Below, piece after piece: positions 25,629 through 35,636 of a stretch of DNA of 36,150 nt. A program made the translations under genes and the position numbers. Under the pieces are notes generated by a model, which was not told the DNA's origin, made no database searches, and saw only the letters and a program-made list of their open reading frames with translations. Source of the stretch: Octopus bimaculoides. Taxonomy: Eukaryota. Position 1 is the stretch's first letter, and every line of letters begins with the position of its first letter. Location of the stretch: positions 24,363,526-24,399,675 of the forward strand of contig NC_069003.1 in assembly GCF_001194135.2 (NCBI RefSeq), written 5' to 3'.

Positions 25629-28600
25629 GTATACAATCAAATGTTGAGCTTACTGCTGCAGGTTGGGGCTTTACTCCACTGACCATTTGTCTGGCACAGA
25701 GCTATAGTTAGCCCATTTATTAGAAATCCATTTACACACTTGTAATAGGCCATGGAGCCATATTTCACGCCTGATGAACTTGCCACAAATCCATTCGCAA
25801 CAACTGGAGCATCACCGCATATAACTCCTGTATAAGTAGAAGATAAAAAAAATATTAAGTTAAATACATTGTTCATATATTGAATATTCGAAGTATAAAT
25901 CACCCTAACCCTCTTTCAGTAAGTCCCATCGTTACACGTTTATGATGGACGATCGCATCAGTTTTTATGTATGTGTGCTGAAGTCGTTAGATCAGAAATC
26001 TCATTGTGTTTTCATTGTGTTGTAAGAGTGGCTGGTTATTTAACAGGGGCCTGTATAGACATCGTATGAGACAATGTTGACACTGAAGTGACCAACTGCA
26101 GACCGTCGAGGGCTTTCCAAACAGTTTCCGTAAAGTTTCCGTATACCTCATTTTCCCTCGCATAGTTGTTGGGGGCGACGCAACGCTATGGTAGAGAGTT
26201 GTTGCTATGTATCGTACGCTTTGCAGTGCGTTGATGCTACAATGAAAGTCTTCGCAATTAAACACATGTTTTCCCATCAGACGAAGCCACAGCATTACTT
26301 CGTTCTTACTTTCTCATAGTGTTTTCTTGGCAGCGATATTGGAGTGGTTTGCCATTGCCTTCTCCAACTGGATGGTCATTATTGACCCACAAGGAGCTCA
26401 TCCACCCTTTGACGGGTTTAGCTTATTATCTGGCTGGGTGTCCAGATACGTTCTTCCACACAAGAGAAACTAGCTTCTCAAGTGGGGGAACCGGTTTATT
26501 CGCCGACAAATCGACCATGAAACAGATAGTACTGGTTTACTCATTACCAGTAGCAGATATCATCAGTCTCTGATCTGTGATGGGATCCCTGACCTGACAA
26601 AATGGTAGAAAGTACTTGCTGAAAATGCCACACAGGGTTCGATCACTCGTGATTACGAAACGATCATGATTTTTTAATATTATTGCTGTATTTGATGATA
26701 TATATGATGTATTTGTTTTTACCATAATAATATTTCAATAAAATCACTCCTGGTGCTAATGTGCATAGTTGGGCCCCACCACAAGATTTAATGCACTGAA
26801 AACTTTTTTCCCCTGAATATGCGCTTCTGGAATTAGGATGCGTCTAATATACCCGTGTGGAGGCGTGTGACCTTGTGAATAGGATGTTGCACTTAAGATC
26901 GTAAGATTGTGGTTTCAATTCCTGGACGGGCGACGCATTGTGTTCTTGAGCAACACATTTCATTTCACGTTGCTTCAGTCCACTCAACTGGCGAAAATGA
27001 ATAATCCTGTGACAGGATATACGTCACGGAAACCGGGAAACCGGCCCTTATGAGTCCATTGGGCTCAAGAAAGATGCTTTTGTGCCACCAAAGATGTCCG
27101 AATATATTACTTAACTAGTTTTCAGTGTCAGGAGGATTTAGGAAAAGTAAGTAAGAGTCAAACTGTCCATCGGATTTGGGCGCAGAGATCGAAAGAGGTG
27201 TTCGGAGATCTATGGAGGATCCCTGTCAGTGTCTCACGAGGCAGACGGTATAGAAACTTCCATTCCCTTCCAACATAGGATTCCAAAATAAATCACACTC
27301 TTTCAGCTTTGCAAAACTTTTCTCTTGGATATACACTGAATGGAAATGTTGCATGAATGTATACGCATCTGTTTGTATGCTTGAGTACGCATGCATGCCT
27401 GTGTAATTCCGTGCATGCACGTGTTTGTGTGTGTGTGTGTGCATCTGTGTGAGCAGACAGACACAATGCGGTGAACAGAAAACCAATGAAAACAGAATCT
27501 TACTTTGGCAATGTTGACTAACATTCCAATATCCGCCTATTAGGCATGTGATTATCATTTGAGTATTTTGTGCATTAGTTTGGTTGAATGAATAGCCAGG
27601 CTTACAAGTCGCTTGCACCGTGCTTCCAAATTCGGTAAATTTCTTATCTGTACTGTCTCCTGGGAGTCTTGTAAACACTGTGTTTTCTAGGGATGGGCAA
27701 TCTGTAATAAAAAGGAGAAAAAGAAATGGCTTCAATTTTTAATACAATACATTAAATACTTCTTCGTCACCATTATTTTCTTTCTGTGCTATGTTGTACA
27801 TTCTGCCGTCTTTTATATATANNNNNNNNNNTCCCCTTTTTCTTAGCACTCCTGCGTGAACTTTCTGTCCGCAGACGCCATGATAGATCGCTGACCAAAC
27901 CATTCAATTTCTTTCTCCGTATTCTTTCTGTTGAAGAGCGTAGCTCGAAATGTTAAAGACTTTCTGTATTCCCGAGCGTTAAACTAATATATCCTTTTGT
28001 TGTTTACACCACCTGTCCTCGTCTGTTGTTTTGTTTCGTAAATTCTCCCATATATATATATATATATATTCAAAATAAGCAACAAGATATCAAGTAGTGA
28101 TGCAGTACGACGGTTTCAAGCAGCTACATTTAATTGAACAATGCAATCATTACACCAATTTAAATGCAATGCTACCTTCAGCTGCACAAATAAATAAATA
28201 GAATTTTAACAAGTAGGACACATGTTGTCGCTATTGTAGCTAAGAATAGACTACACTTCCAAGAACCGCATGGAGCCTGGTGGGGTTGTAATTCATTTCT
28301 AATACATTTATCTCTTTATCAGCTACTAAATCTAAAACTAGAAGACTGTGTCTATTTTCAATAAAGGAAAAGAGTGAGTCAACAGCTCATGGCTAGGTAT
28401 GGTCATAAATATTAACACATGTATCCCTTTCCATCAGGGAGCAAAGAACATACTAGAAGTAGTCAGTTGGATATAAGTAACTATATATACTAAAAATGTA
28501 TAAAGCCACCCCCATCCTGTAAGTAGATCCAAATAATTTTAAAAACTTATTAGTTAGAAAAAGAAGTCACAACCCATGACCTTTGTCGGTCACATGATTG

Positions 28601-30763
28601 GTAAGAACGAAAAGCTACATATTTTCATTACATAAGTCGACACCTTTTTACAAGGAAGAGGTCATTGCTTTTACTTACCCGCAGCGACTAAAGCTGAAAA
28701 TCTTTCATTTGTTCCTGAAGCTAGCGATTTGAATTGTATGTCAACCACTGAATTTCCTGATAGTATTATAGATACGTTATCACCGATTGCGCTTGCACTT
28801 TTGTCTTCATAGGTGACCTGTTAAAAGTGAAATAGTGAAACAGAAAGTAGATAAGGAAACTGGTAATACTTTCCATTGGCAAATAGAGTTCCAGGAATTT
28901 CACAAACGGGTAGAAATTAGGTAACATGTAAGAGTGAAAAAAAAAAATCTGACAGAATCACACACGTGTGTGTATGTGATGTGTGTGTGCGCGTGTGTGC
29001 GTGCAAACCAATGAATAACAAATATATATAAAACATATAACAGGAAACTAGGCCAAGCCTGGAAAGTAAGCGTTTGTAATTATTTACGCCATACACACAC
29101 ACACACATGTATACATACATACATGCATACATCCATAAAACAAGCATACAAATCTGCGCATACACTAACACCAAATACTGCACACACACATATGCACAAA
29201 TACCGAGATGATGTTGATAAAAGTTCCAATGAAGGAGCCTTGAGTCTATGTTAGAGTCCGACTTTTTCTCTATTGACAAGAAATACAGAAATGAAACTGA
29301 TTGATAACATACATACATACATACATACATAAAATGCAGACATACATATTATTGAATATGAACGCAAACATCAACACAAGGAATATTGGTGGAACATTTC
29401 CATCAAATCATCTGTCAGGTGTAAGCATAACACTCGGATATTGTTGTCTGGGACAGGCAAGAAAAGTATGTACCATTATAGAGGTCAACTATCCTGTCCT
29501 GCTGACGAGAATATCTCCTTGAAAATCAAAGAGAAAGAAGATAGCTATGGATAACTGTTTCGAAACCTCCAGCTTCTATATCCAGATTACAAATTTGCAT
29601 TCATACCAATAATAACTGGTGCAGTTTTGTACGACGTCGAGGGTTCCCGTTGATCCGATCAACGGAACAGCCTGCTCGTGAAATTAACGTGCAAGTGGCT
29701 GAGCACTCCACAGACACGTGTACCCTTAATGTAGTTCTCGGGGATATTCAGCGTGACACAGTGTGACAAGGCTGGCCCTTTGAATTACAGGCACAACAGA
29801 AACAGGAAGTAAGAGTGAGAGAAAGTTGGGGTGAAAGAGTACAACAGGGTTCGCCACCATCCCCCTGACGGAGCCTCGTGGAGCTTTAGGTGTTTTCGCT
29901 CAATAAACACTCACAATGCCCGGTCTGAGAATCGAAACCACGATCCTATGACCGCGAGTCCGCTGCTCTAACCACTGGGCCATTGCGCCTCCACAGTTGG
30001 TTTTGTAAGTAAATGCTTAACTGTCATTCTGGATAAGTTCGAATTTCCAGAAAAAAAAAATTTTTTTAATCAACCAACTGACTAGCTCATTACAAATATA
30101 AATTGCAAGCGGAATAGTAAAGCTATGCAAGACTTTTCTCAGGTTGAAAATGCGCCATTTTTTTCGTTATGTACATTCCAAGAGCGGAGCTTTGTATCTT
30201 TGTTAGAAATCAGCTTCTTCGTCGGAGGAAGAATTTAAATAATTAAAAGCAGTAGAAAAACATACATACATACATACATATACATAATGAGAGAGAGATA
30301 GTGTGACTAGTTAAACAAAGGTAAAATTTAGGGAACGTACCACTAAAGTCTCGTTGTTTACACGGTAAACGTCTTGAATTATTAACCCAAACCTCCTGTT
30401 GTAGACTTTGTATTCTGGAACCGTCCATTTACACCTGACGTTTTTGGCAGTGACACTGTTGTTAGGTTCTATCCAGTTGTATCCAGGAGAACTGATACTT
30501 ACAAGATTTGATTCCAGTTGGATATCACAGCCTGAAATTACAGATAAGGGTTTTGAAATGAGAGATTTGGAAATAACGAGTAAATGATGGACAAATTAAT
30601 TTACGTGTAGGTTTGGTTTTGGGATTGGGGTTGGGAATTGGGATCTTGATGAAACCATAGAGTCTGGGCCCTTCGCTCTTGATAAGGTCATTGCATCAAC
30701 GTCGTTCTGTTCTCTATGTGTCTTCGATATTTTAAAACCTTCTTCCTCATACACACACACGCC

Positions 30764-30829
<66 letters not shown>

Positions 30830-31130
30830 GATAGTGAGGGAGGGAGAGAGAGTGCGAGAGAGAGAAAGAAAAAGAGAGAGAGAGAGAAAGCGAAAGAGAG
30901 AGAAAGGGATAGGGGTCATTTCTCTCTCTCTCTAAGATCGGCCCTTTCTTTGAATGACCATAGCCGATTCTCTCCTCTCTCTCTCACACACACACACACG
31001 CACACACACACACCCACAAAGACTGAGAGAGAGGGAGAGAGAGAAAGAGTGAAAGGAAGCAGACCATTTCTCTCTCTCTAAGATGAGCCCTCTCTAAGTA
31101 TGACCAGAACCGATTTCTTCCTCATACACG

Positions 31131-31188
<58 letters not shown>

Positions 31189-33480
31189 GAGAGAGAGAGA
31201 GTGAGTGACAGACAGACAGACATACAGAGGACGGAGGGAGAGAGGAGGAGAGGGAGAAAGAGAGAGTGGGAGTTGTTCCAGTGCTAGATGGTACTTTATC
31301 AACCTCAAAAGGATAAACAGTCATGTTGACCTTGGAGGGATTTGAACATAGATCACAGGGAGCCGGAATGAATGATATAAAGGATTCTCCATATCGCCTT
31401 AACGACTTGGCCAATTCAGTACATTTATTTGGTATTACAAACAGGACATACAGAAAGGTATGTATGTATGTATGTATGTATATCATTTTTCAGTTTATTT
31501 CAAGATTCCTTTAATTATTTAATTATTTCGTATGTTGAGTCTTTTAAAAATCTTACCTTCGCTGTAGTAAAGGACGAAATCTCCTTGTTGTTCGCCGGTG
31601 TTAGTATGCAGACATACATGTACGTCTTTAGAATTAGAAATTAGCAATGTGGTCATGTCCAAAGAAGTGAAATTCGCAACAATGTCCGAGATATTGCCAA
31701 AGCTTATGAACATGTAACCAGATGTTCCTGCCTTGAATTCCAGGATTTGAATCTGGAAAAAAAAAAAAAAAAAAACTCAGCTAAATAAGGATATTACTTA
31801 GCAAAGAACAAACATACATACGTATTCATATGTGATTTTTATTTGAGTTTTATTCAAGTTCTTGAGCGAGTTCAAGCCGGTCGCTGGAAGTTTGAATTTG
31901 AAATTAAGAAATAATGAAAAAAATGCACACACTCATATTTAATTAATTTTTTTTTTTACCTTTAAGTTAATGACAGGTGCCGAACTTGCTTTGATGTGCC
32001 AGCACTGGTCGGTATTCGGTAAAACACCTGCAGGTAACTGGGGTGTTAATTTCTTCGGATTTGCTTCGGCGCTCAAAAGGATCGAGCTGGATATTAAATG
32101 TTCAATATCTGGAAGAGACAGCAAAAGAAGTTTGATGTTTAAATAAGCAAAGACACACATTCTATTCGAATAAATAGATAAATATTAGATGGGTGCGAGA
32201 TGAATCACATCGACCTGAAGAAAATTCTTACTGGGACCCCACTTGCGAGGTCATGCGCTGTTTATCTTGATATGAGATCACCATGTCGCGCACATATGGT
32301 TGTGATGCATGTGCCTGGTGAACCCTTATCAGACGTGTAGTCATGATGGGTATAATGGGCTTCGCATATCTCACCCCAGTGTCACTTTGATGGCATGCGT
32401 TGCTCTCTCACTCAATAATAATAATAATAATAATAATAATAATCCTTCCTGCTATCGGTAAAAGGCCTGGAATTTGAGAGCAGAGGATTATCGATTACAT
32501 CGACCCCAGTACTTGACTGATACTTAATTTATCGACCCTGAAACGATGATGACGACAATGATGATGATGATGATGATGATAATTTCTTATATTTGCCGAA
32601 ATCCCAAACTTAAAATAAAAATAACCTAATCGAATGCATAAAAGAAAAAAAAAAAAAATCAGATGCAAGGGAAGTAACTTTAACTGACTGTACATAACAA
32701 ACATCTTCCAAGGGACATAAATCTATATTCAAGCGGACTAATTCGGATTTAGATTTATCAATTTTTTTTTCTTAACGTTTGCTATGATACGTTACTAATA
32801 GAAATATAATGAACACCACCACATCTCATACACATTTACACACAGACAAATGTATGACGTAATACATTATCCAGAGATATTCAGCTTAGCTATAAATATA
32901 TGTTTTTCATGCACAATCATATATTCACATAAATGCAACTAAGTCTATGATAAGACTGCGGCCATGCAGGAGCACTGCCTTGAAGTATTTTTAATTGAAC
33001 GAACCCACCCCAGTATTTATTATTTTTAAGCCTGGTACTTATTCTATCGGTCTCTTATGCCGAGTCGTAAACACACCAACACCGAATGTCAAGCGGTGGT
33101 AGGAGATAAACACACATTCACACACACGTACCTACACATATACATACACACATACATGCATACACACTTATATACATACGCACATACCTACACATGCATA
33201 CACACGCATACACATACACATACATACATCATACGCACACGTACAAACATACATACACATACATACATCATACGCACACGTACAAACATACATACACTCA
33301 TACATACATACATATATACATACAAACATACATACATACATACACACATCCAAACATACATACATACAAAAGTATAATAAGGGGGGCACTCCTAATTGTA
33401 CTTAATTTGTCGAATCATTAAGATTCGTAAAACGATAAAAAAATATTCTTCATCGAATTCTCGTTTGACAGGTACACACC

Positions 33481-33511
<31 letters not shown>

Positions 33512-34539
33512 TATATACATGTGTGTGTGTACACATGCGTGAGTGTATACGCGTGCGTATATATATATGTGTACGTGTATATATATATATATGTGAATGT
33601 GCTCGCTCACATTGACGCCCATATCATAAAGTATGATAAACCTTGAGAAAACGACTTGAGAACTTCGCTCCAATTTGCCGTCGACCGGTTCTTAATTTTG
33701 CTTTGTTTTACACGTGAAAATTATCAATACATAAAACCTATTTCGTCAATTTTCTATTTCTGTTTTGAACAAAGCTATTTGAGACGAGTTGACCGGGAGG
33801 AGAATGGATTGAGGTAGAGGTTCAAATGTAGTGACGGCATCACATTATGTTAATGAGTCGAGCGGCCTTATTCTACTCGTTATCTTATACGTGTTTCAGC
33901 CAATGGAGTATGGCCACACTGGAGCACCGCCTTGAAGAGTTTGGTCGAAAAAAAAATATACACTAATATGGGTTTCTTTCTTTAAGCAAACCAACATCGG
34001 TTATCCAGTGCTGGTGCAGGGTACTAATACAAACACACACACACACACACAGCTTGGCACCAGTGACGTCGCAACTCATTTCTACAACTGAGTGAACTGG
34101 AGCAATGTGAAATAAAGTGTCTTGCTCAAGGAAAAAGAACACAACACACAGCCCGATCCGGGAATCGAACTCACTACCTTGTGATTGTGAGCCTGACGCT
34201 CTAACTACTGTGCCATGTGCCTTTACACTGTAGAAGTACGGCTAAATTATTCTTTTATTCTTTTATTTGTTTCAGTCATTTGACGGCGGCCCCGCAGGAG
34301 TACTGCGTTTAAACTAAATCGCTGCGACCAAGATTCGAACCTGCGCGGGTATAACCTACTAGATTTCAAGTTTATTGCACATAAATTTTAACACCGAAAT
34401 CTCATATGGACACTCAATGGCTACGTGGACTCTGCTTGAGAACCACTTCGCTGTCATATTCTATGTGGCTGTTGTGAGTAGATAGTTGGTTTCGCACACA
34501 CACAGATATACATACAAACGGTACAGATACATACAAACA

Positions 34540-34575
<36 letters not shown>

Positions 34576-34941
34576 TACATATATATATACATATATATGT
34601 TGTTGTTGTATTTGGGGATGGTCATATTGCCAGTTCAGCCAATAAAATCTTGCAAAACAAATATATATATATGCATACATACATATATACATACATAAAA
34701 CACATATCCGCACACACGCATACTCACGCATACACATGCCTACGTACGTCCATTAACACTTACCCATACGCACACATGCATACATATGGTTTAATTAGCT
34801 ACAACTATTTATAATTGCAAACATTAATTTCAGCGAATAAAACTACAACAATCTCACGTTACTCATAAATATGGATGTCACTTCACAGGCGTATTTTTTT
34901 TTTTACCATTTTTACCATTCTGTTCTCTCACGGCCTTTTAG

Positions 34942-34991
<50 letters not shown>

Positions 34992-35636
34992 AGACAAACA
35001 CGCAATCATGCACACACACATGAGATAGCATGGACACCATAACTGAGTGACGAAGAAGTTAGATTTTTTTTTATCACGCAGATTCGGGTTCGAACCTACC
35101 ATGTGACATATTGGGTAAGTACTTTCTGTTGCAGAACTGAGCTAAGTATGGGATGTGAAAATTTAATCAAACAATAACTAATCTCCTTCGAAATTTGTAG
35201 GACTCACAGGCGCCAGCTTCTATGAAGTTTAAGGGGTTAAGAGATAAATCTCCATGAGCCAACCCCACATTATAGTTTATTGGTTTTCCTACAAGATAAA
35301 ATTAGTATCAATTCCACCGTGTTATTTTTGCTTATAGTCCCAGTATCTGTAACATAGAGCCAGGTCTAAACCGCAATTTAGAATTAAATGTGAATACGAA
35401 CAGCGCCCCATATATACACATTGAAGGAATGGGTCGATTCCAGAGTATAAAAGCGCCGACTCTCTTGTTCAGTCGCCAATGCTCTCTTCATCAAAGTTAC
35501 TCCGTCGCCCTGGTTAGTACGATTACTCGGCCCTTCGATGCTTCCAGAGTCCACTGATATGCAAGCATTGGGGTACATCTCTGGTTTGAGCATAAATTCT
35601 ACTGATTCCTCTGTTTCGCCATGTGTCTTAGCGGTC
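210..35636 (-). CDS. Partial multi-exon gene (25 exons seen; 5' and 3' ends outside window) for an uninflatable/SVEP1-like IgGFc?-CUB-CCP-EGF-HYR-PAN mosaic extracellular protein
   Basis: All exons on minus strand with GT..AG introns. Phases chain correctly across 23 of 24 junctions. The domain order CUB-CCPx4-EGF_CAx2-CCPx3-HYRx2-CCP-linker-EGFs resembles uninflatable-type proteins from my recollection; orthology not tested. Confidence 0.9.
579..644. repeat. 18-bp minisatellite, about 3.5 copies
   Basis: gggccccatgccaagtta / gggccgtgtgccaggtta / gagccctgtgccaagtta / gggccccaagtt. Confidence 0.85.
1270..1400 (-). CDS. Exon 24: EGF (absent from ORF track)
   Basis: ttttcccag|..|GTAAG, phase 2->1: [43 protein letters not shown]. 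Confidence 0.94.
1986..2121 (-). CDS. Exon 23: EGF (absent from ORF track)
   Basis: tatttccag|..|GTGAAT, phase 1->2: [44 protein letters not shown]. Confidence 0.92.
5279..5515 (-). CDS. Exon 22: PAN/apple domain, phase-symmetric (possible cassette)
   Basis: ctcttattcctccag|..|GTAAGA, 237 nt, phase 1-1: [13 protein letters not shown]...[30 protein letters not shown]...[10 protein letters not shown]; C-x3-C-x5-C-x11-C PAN core. Confidence 0.8.
6008..6221. mobile_element. Tc1/mariner-type MITE
   Basis: TA|CAGAGTCC...GGACTCTG|TA; about 46-bp imperfect TIRs; TA target duplication; no ORF. Confidence 0.85.
6628..6744 (-). CDS. Exon 21: EGF (end of one module, Cys1-5 of the next)
   Basis: 117 nt, phase 1-1: [39 protein letters not shown]. 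Confidence 0.95.
7135..7366 (-). CDS. Exon 20: linker ending in possible start of an ephrin-receptor-like (GCC2/GCC3) Cys repeat
   Basis: ttcattgcag|..|GTAAGT, phase 0->1: VILYFNIS...[23 protein letters not shown]; alternative internal donor AG|GTACCT would end the exon at 7192. Confidence 0.8.
7905..8168. repeat. 157-bp tandem repeat running into N gap
   Basis: Segment from 7921 recurs identically from 8078 up to the gap at 8169. Confidence 0.8.
8555..8765 (+). mobile_element. SINE body/3' family E; other copies ~4860-5095, 19195-19430, 32960-33110, 33890-34020
   Basis: Shared gaccaatagaataagtac..ggggtcaatttgt..ccccagcatggctgcagtctaatgactgaaacaag; boundaries approximate. Confidence 0.6.
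8831..9033 (-). CDS. Exon 19: post-CCP linker region
   Basis: tttttctatacag|..|GTTTGT, phase 1->0, 203 nt open: [67 protein letters not shown]. Confidence 0.85.
9122..9165 (+). ncRNA. Minimal type I hammerhead ribozyme relic (Penelope-type), 1-nt insertion in core
   Basis: GGC-C[A]TGATGA-AATAC taaaag GTATT-GAAA-ATA ca TAT-TC-GCC: stems I, II and III all pair. Confidence 0.6.
10948..11139 (-). CDS. Exon 18: sushi/CCP 8
   Basis: 192 nt, phase 1-1: [21 protein letters not shown]...[11 protein letters not shown]...[17 protein letters not shown]. Confidence 0.93.
11789..12016 (-). CDS. Exon 17: HYR-like domain 2 (divergent)
   Basis: 228 nt, phase 1-1: [14 protein letters not shown]...[21 protein letters not shown]. 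Confidence 0.9.
12888..13186 (-). mobile_element. Non-LTR-type repeat end with (GAT)n tail and internal ~67-nt duplication
   Basis: (atc)n then tttaacgtccgctttccatgc...ggatgcccttcctaacg; duplicated cacccgcac..gccagtc..ctggcaat unit near 13067 and 13134; boundaries approximate. Confidence 0.55.
13219..13452 (-). CDS. Exon 16: HYR domain 1
   Basis: 234 nt, phase 1-1: [13 protein letters not shown]...VEDNSG...[20 protein letters not shown] (D..AP....CP / D.SGN...C HYR motif). Confidence 0.94.
14114..14436. mobile_element. Degenerate hAT-type MITE
   Basis: Ends resemble CAGTGGTTCTCAAC...GGTTGAGAACCACTG (gtggttctcagctgggg / ggttgaaaacaactc); TSD not clear. Confidence 0.45.
14474..14659 (-). CDS. 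Exon 15: sushi/CCP 7 (absent from ORF track)
   Basis: tattttag|..|GTACAG, 186 nt, phase 1-1: [61 protein letters not shown]. Confidence 0.93.
15756..16007. mobile_element. Mariner (Hsmar1/MADE1-like TIR) fold-back MITE with transposase C-terminal relic
   Basis: TA|TTAGGCTGGTGCATAATTATTGCGG TIR and its reverse copy, TA flanks; 15851-15907 on minus strand reads [18 protein letters not shown] (mariner C-terminal LP..W..V....G.Y motif). Confidence 0.9.
16226..16414 (-). CDS. Exon 14: sushi/CCP 6
   Basis: 189 nt, phase 1-1: [11 protein letters not shown]...[13 protein letters not shown]...[17 protein letters not shown]. Confidence 0.93.
17514..17575 (+). ncRNA. Degenerate type I hammerhead ribozyme (Penelope-type)
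   Basis: gata-a-CTGAAGA-GATGGTGG..CCAC cctgg CATC-c-GAAAC-T cgg AGT-T-c-tatc; intact CUGANGA/GAAA core, damaged stem II. Confidence 0.55.
17760..18005 (-). mobile_element. RTE-clade LINE ORF C-terminal relic
   Basis: [40 protein letters not shown] matches RTE L.W.GHV.RM...R.PK......GKR..GRP..R.KD. Confidence 0.8.
18012..18180 (-). mobile_element. R4/Dong-like RT-thumb relic
   Basis: [14 protein letters not shown].../[29 protein letters not shown] matches YKYLG..KEY..R.R..L..KLNGGN.IKA.N. Confidence 0.75.
18395..18676. repeat. (GATA)n/(GACA)n tetranucleotide array; representative of dozens of (TA)n, (CA)n, (GA)n, (AAT)n, (TACA)n tracts across the window
   Basis: Direct inspection. Confidence 0.95.
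18854..19033 (-). CDS. Exon 13: sushi/CCP 5
   Basis: 180 nt, phase 1-1, donor GTATG: [12 protein letters not shown]...[13 protein letters not shown]...[15 protein letters not shown]. Confidence 0.95.
19540..19693 (-). mobile_element. tRNA-derived SINE family D; other copies ~11200-11310 (+), 1505-1630 (+)
   Basis: Shared ggttctgggttcagtcccactgcg..cttgggcaagtgtcttct..ttgtgagtgg..tggtagac.gaaa followed by (TG)n. Confidence 0.7.
20780..21025 (-). mobile_element. tRNA-derived SINE family B; older copy 20505-20732, others 26857-27060 (+), 34050-34225 (-), 6990-7095 (-)
   Basis: Head GGAGGTGCATGGCTTAGTGGTTAG..GGTTTCGATTCC (A/B boxes), shared body, (ATTT)n tail. Confidence 0.85.
21081..21248 (-). 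CDS. Exon 12: calcium-binding EGF with long C5-C6 loop
   Basis: 168 nt, phase 1-1: [56 protein letters not shown]. Confidence 0.95.
22556..22672 (-). CDS. Exon 11: calcium-binding EGF
   Basis: 117 nt, phase 1-1: [39 protein letters not shown]. Confidence 0.96.
23653..23832 (-). CDS. Exon 10: sushi/CCP 4
   Basis: 180 nt, phase 1-1: [32 protein letters not shown]...[15 protein letters not shown]. Confidence 0.93.
24305..24843 (+). mobile_element. 3' end of a non-LTR element with (AAT)n tail; other copies at 32210-32440 (+), 22765-22875 (+, short) and 13610-13760 (-, internal part)
   Basis: Shared sequence among copies, variable 5' truncation, common 3' end ...atggcatgcgctgctctctc(actc)(aat)n; clade not identified. 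Confidence 0.7.
24929..25105 (-). CDS. Exon 9: sushi/CCP 3
   Basis: 177 nt, phase 1-1: [11 protein letters not shown]...[13 protein letters not shown]...[16 protein letters not shown]. Confidence 0.95.
25654..25827 (-). CDS. Exon 8: sushi/CCP 2
   Basis: 174 nt, phase 1-1: [12 protein letters not shown]...[13 protein letters not shown]...[15 protein letters not shown]. Confidence 0.95.
26300..26665 (-). mobile_element. tRNA-like head plus RTE 5'-UTR-type motif (Ceph-SINE-like or RTE 5' relic)
   Basis: Minus strand GGAGAAGGCAATGGCAAACCACTCCAATATCGCTGCCAAGAAAAC (RTE/BovB-type motif) downstream of a degenerate SINE head; boundaries approximate. Confidence 0.45.
27504..27701 (-). CDS. Exon 7: sushi/CCP 1
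   Basis: 198 nt, phase 1-1: [10 protein letters not shown]...[16 protein letters not shown]...[16 protein letters not shown]. Confidence 0.93.
27832..28049 (+). mobile_element. Penelope-like pLTR fragment with degenerate hammerhead core at 27931-27954
   Basis: TTGAAGA-GCGTAGCTC-GAAATGTT followed by pyrimidine-rich tail ending at (TA)n. Confidence 0.5.
28679..28817 (-). CDS. Exon 6: CUB-2, C-half (absent from ORF track)
   Basis: ttttaacag|..|GTAAG, phase 0->1: [46 protein letters not shown]. Confidence 0.88.
29345..29640 (+). mobile_element. R4/Dong-like non-LTR retrotransposon relic, restriction-like endonuclease domain
   Basis: With 3 frameshifts and 1 stop reads [76 protein letters not shown] (PD..D-E..K RLE motif); truncated by SINE at 29641. 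Confidence 0.85.
29641..29995 (-). mobile_element. tRNA-derived SINE family C, long copy
   Basis: Head GGAGGCGCAATGGCCCAGTGGTTAG..GGTTTCGATTC with A/B boxes; inserted into the R4/Dong relic. Confidence 0.8.
30341..30531 (-). CDS. Exon 5: CUB-2, N-half (absent from ORF track)
   Basis: taatttcag|..|GTACGT, phase 1->0: [64 protein letters not shown] (C..ISSPGY..C.W CUB motif). Confidence 0.9.
30741..31260. repeat. Compound (CA)n/(GA)n tract with a duplicated spacer
   Basis: catttctctctctctaagat(c/g)(g/a)gccct(t/c)tct..atgacca..ccgatt occurs near 30917 and 31066. Confidence 0.6.
31557..31752 (-). CDS. Exon 4: divergent CUB-1, C-half
   Basis: ttttccag|..|GTAAG, phase 0->1: [19 protein letters not shown]...[27 protein letters not shown]. 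Confidence 0.88.
31960..32108 (-). CDS. Exon 3: divergent CUB-1, N-half
   Basis: ctcttccag|..|GTAAAA, phase 1->0: [49 protein letters not shown]. Confidence 0.85.
34320..34371 (-). pseudogene. 5'-truncated tRNA-Ser(UGA) pseudogene fragment
   Basis: Minus strand ACTTGAAATCTAGTAGGTTATACCCGCGCAGGTTCGAATCTTGGTCGCAGCG: anticodon loop CTTGAAA, long variable arm, T-loop GGTTCGAA; D-arm and 5' acceptor strand missing. Confidence 0.75.
35208..35288 (-). CDS. Exon 2: end of IgGFc-binding-like domain
   Basis: ttttatcttgtag|...|GTGAGT, 81 nt, phase 1-1: (R)[26 protein letters not shown](Y). Confidence 0.6.
35398..35636 (-). CDS. Exon 1 (in window): IgGFc-binding-like domain, C-terminal part
   Basis: Acceptor ctcttttcag; only one open frame: [34 protein letters not shown]...[18 protein letters not shown]; donor C|GTATTC, phase 2->1. 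Domain call rests on motif resemblance only. Confidence 0.55.

Noticed and set aside
25987-26295. 102-aa minus-strand ORF
   Set aside because: No splice-phase fit or domain motif; lies beside an RTE-type repeat.
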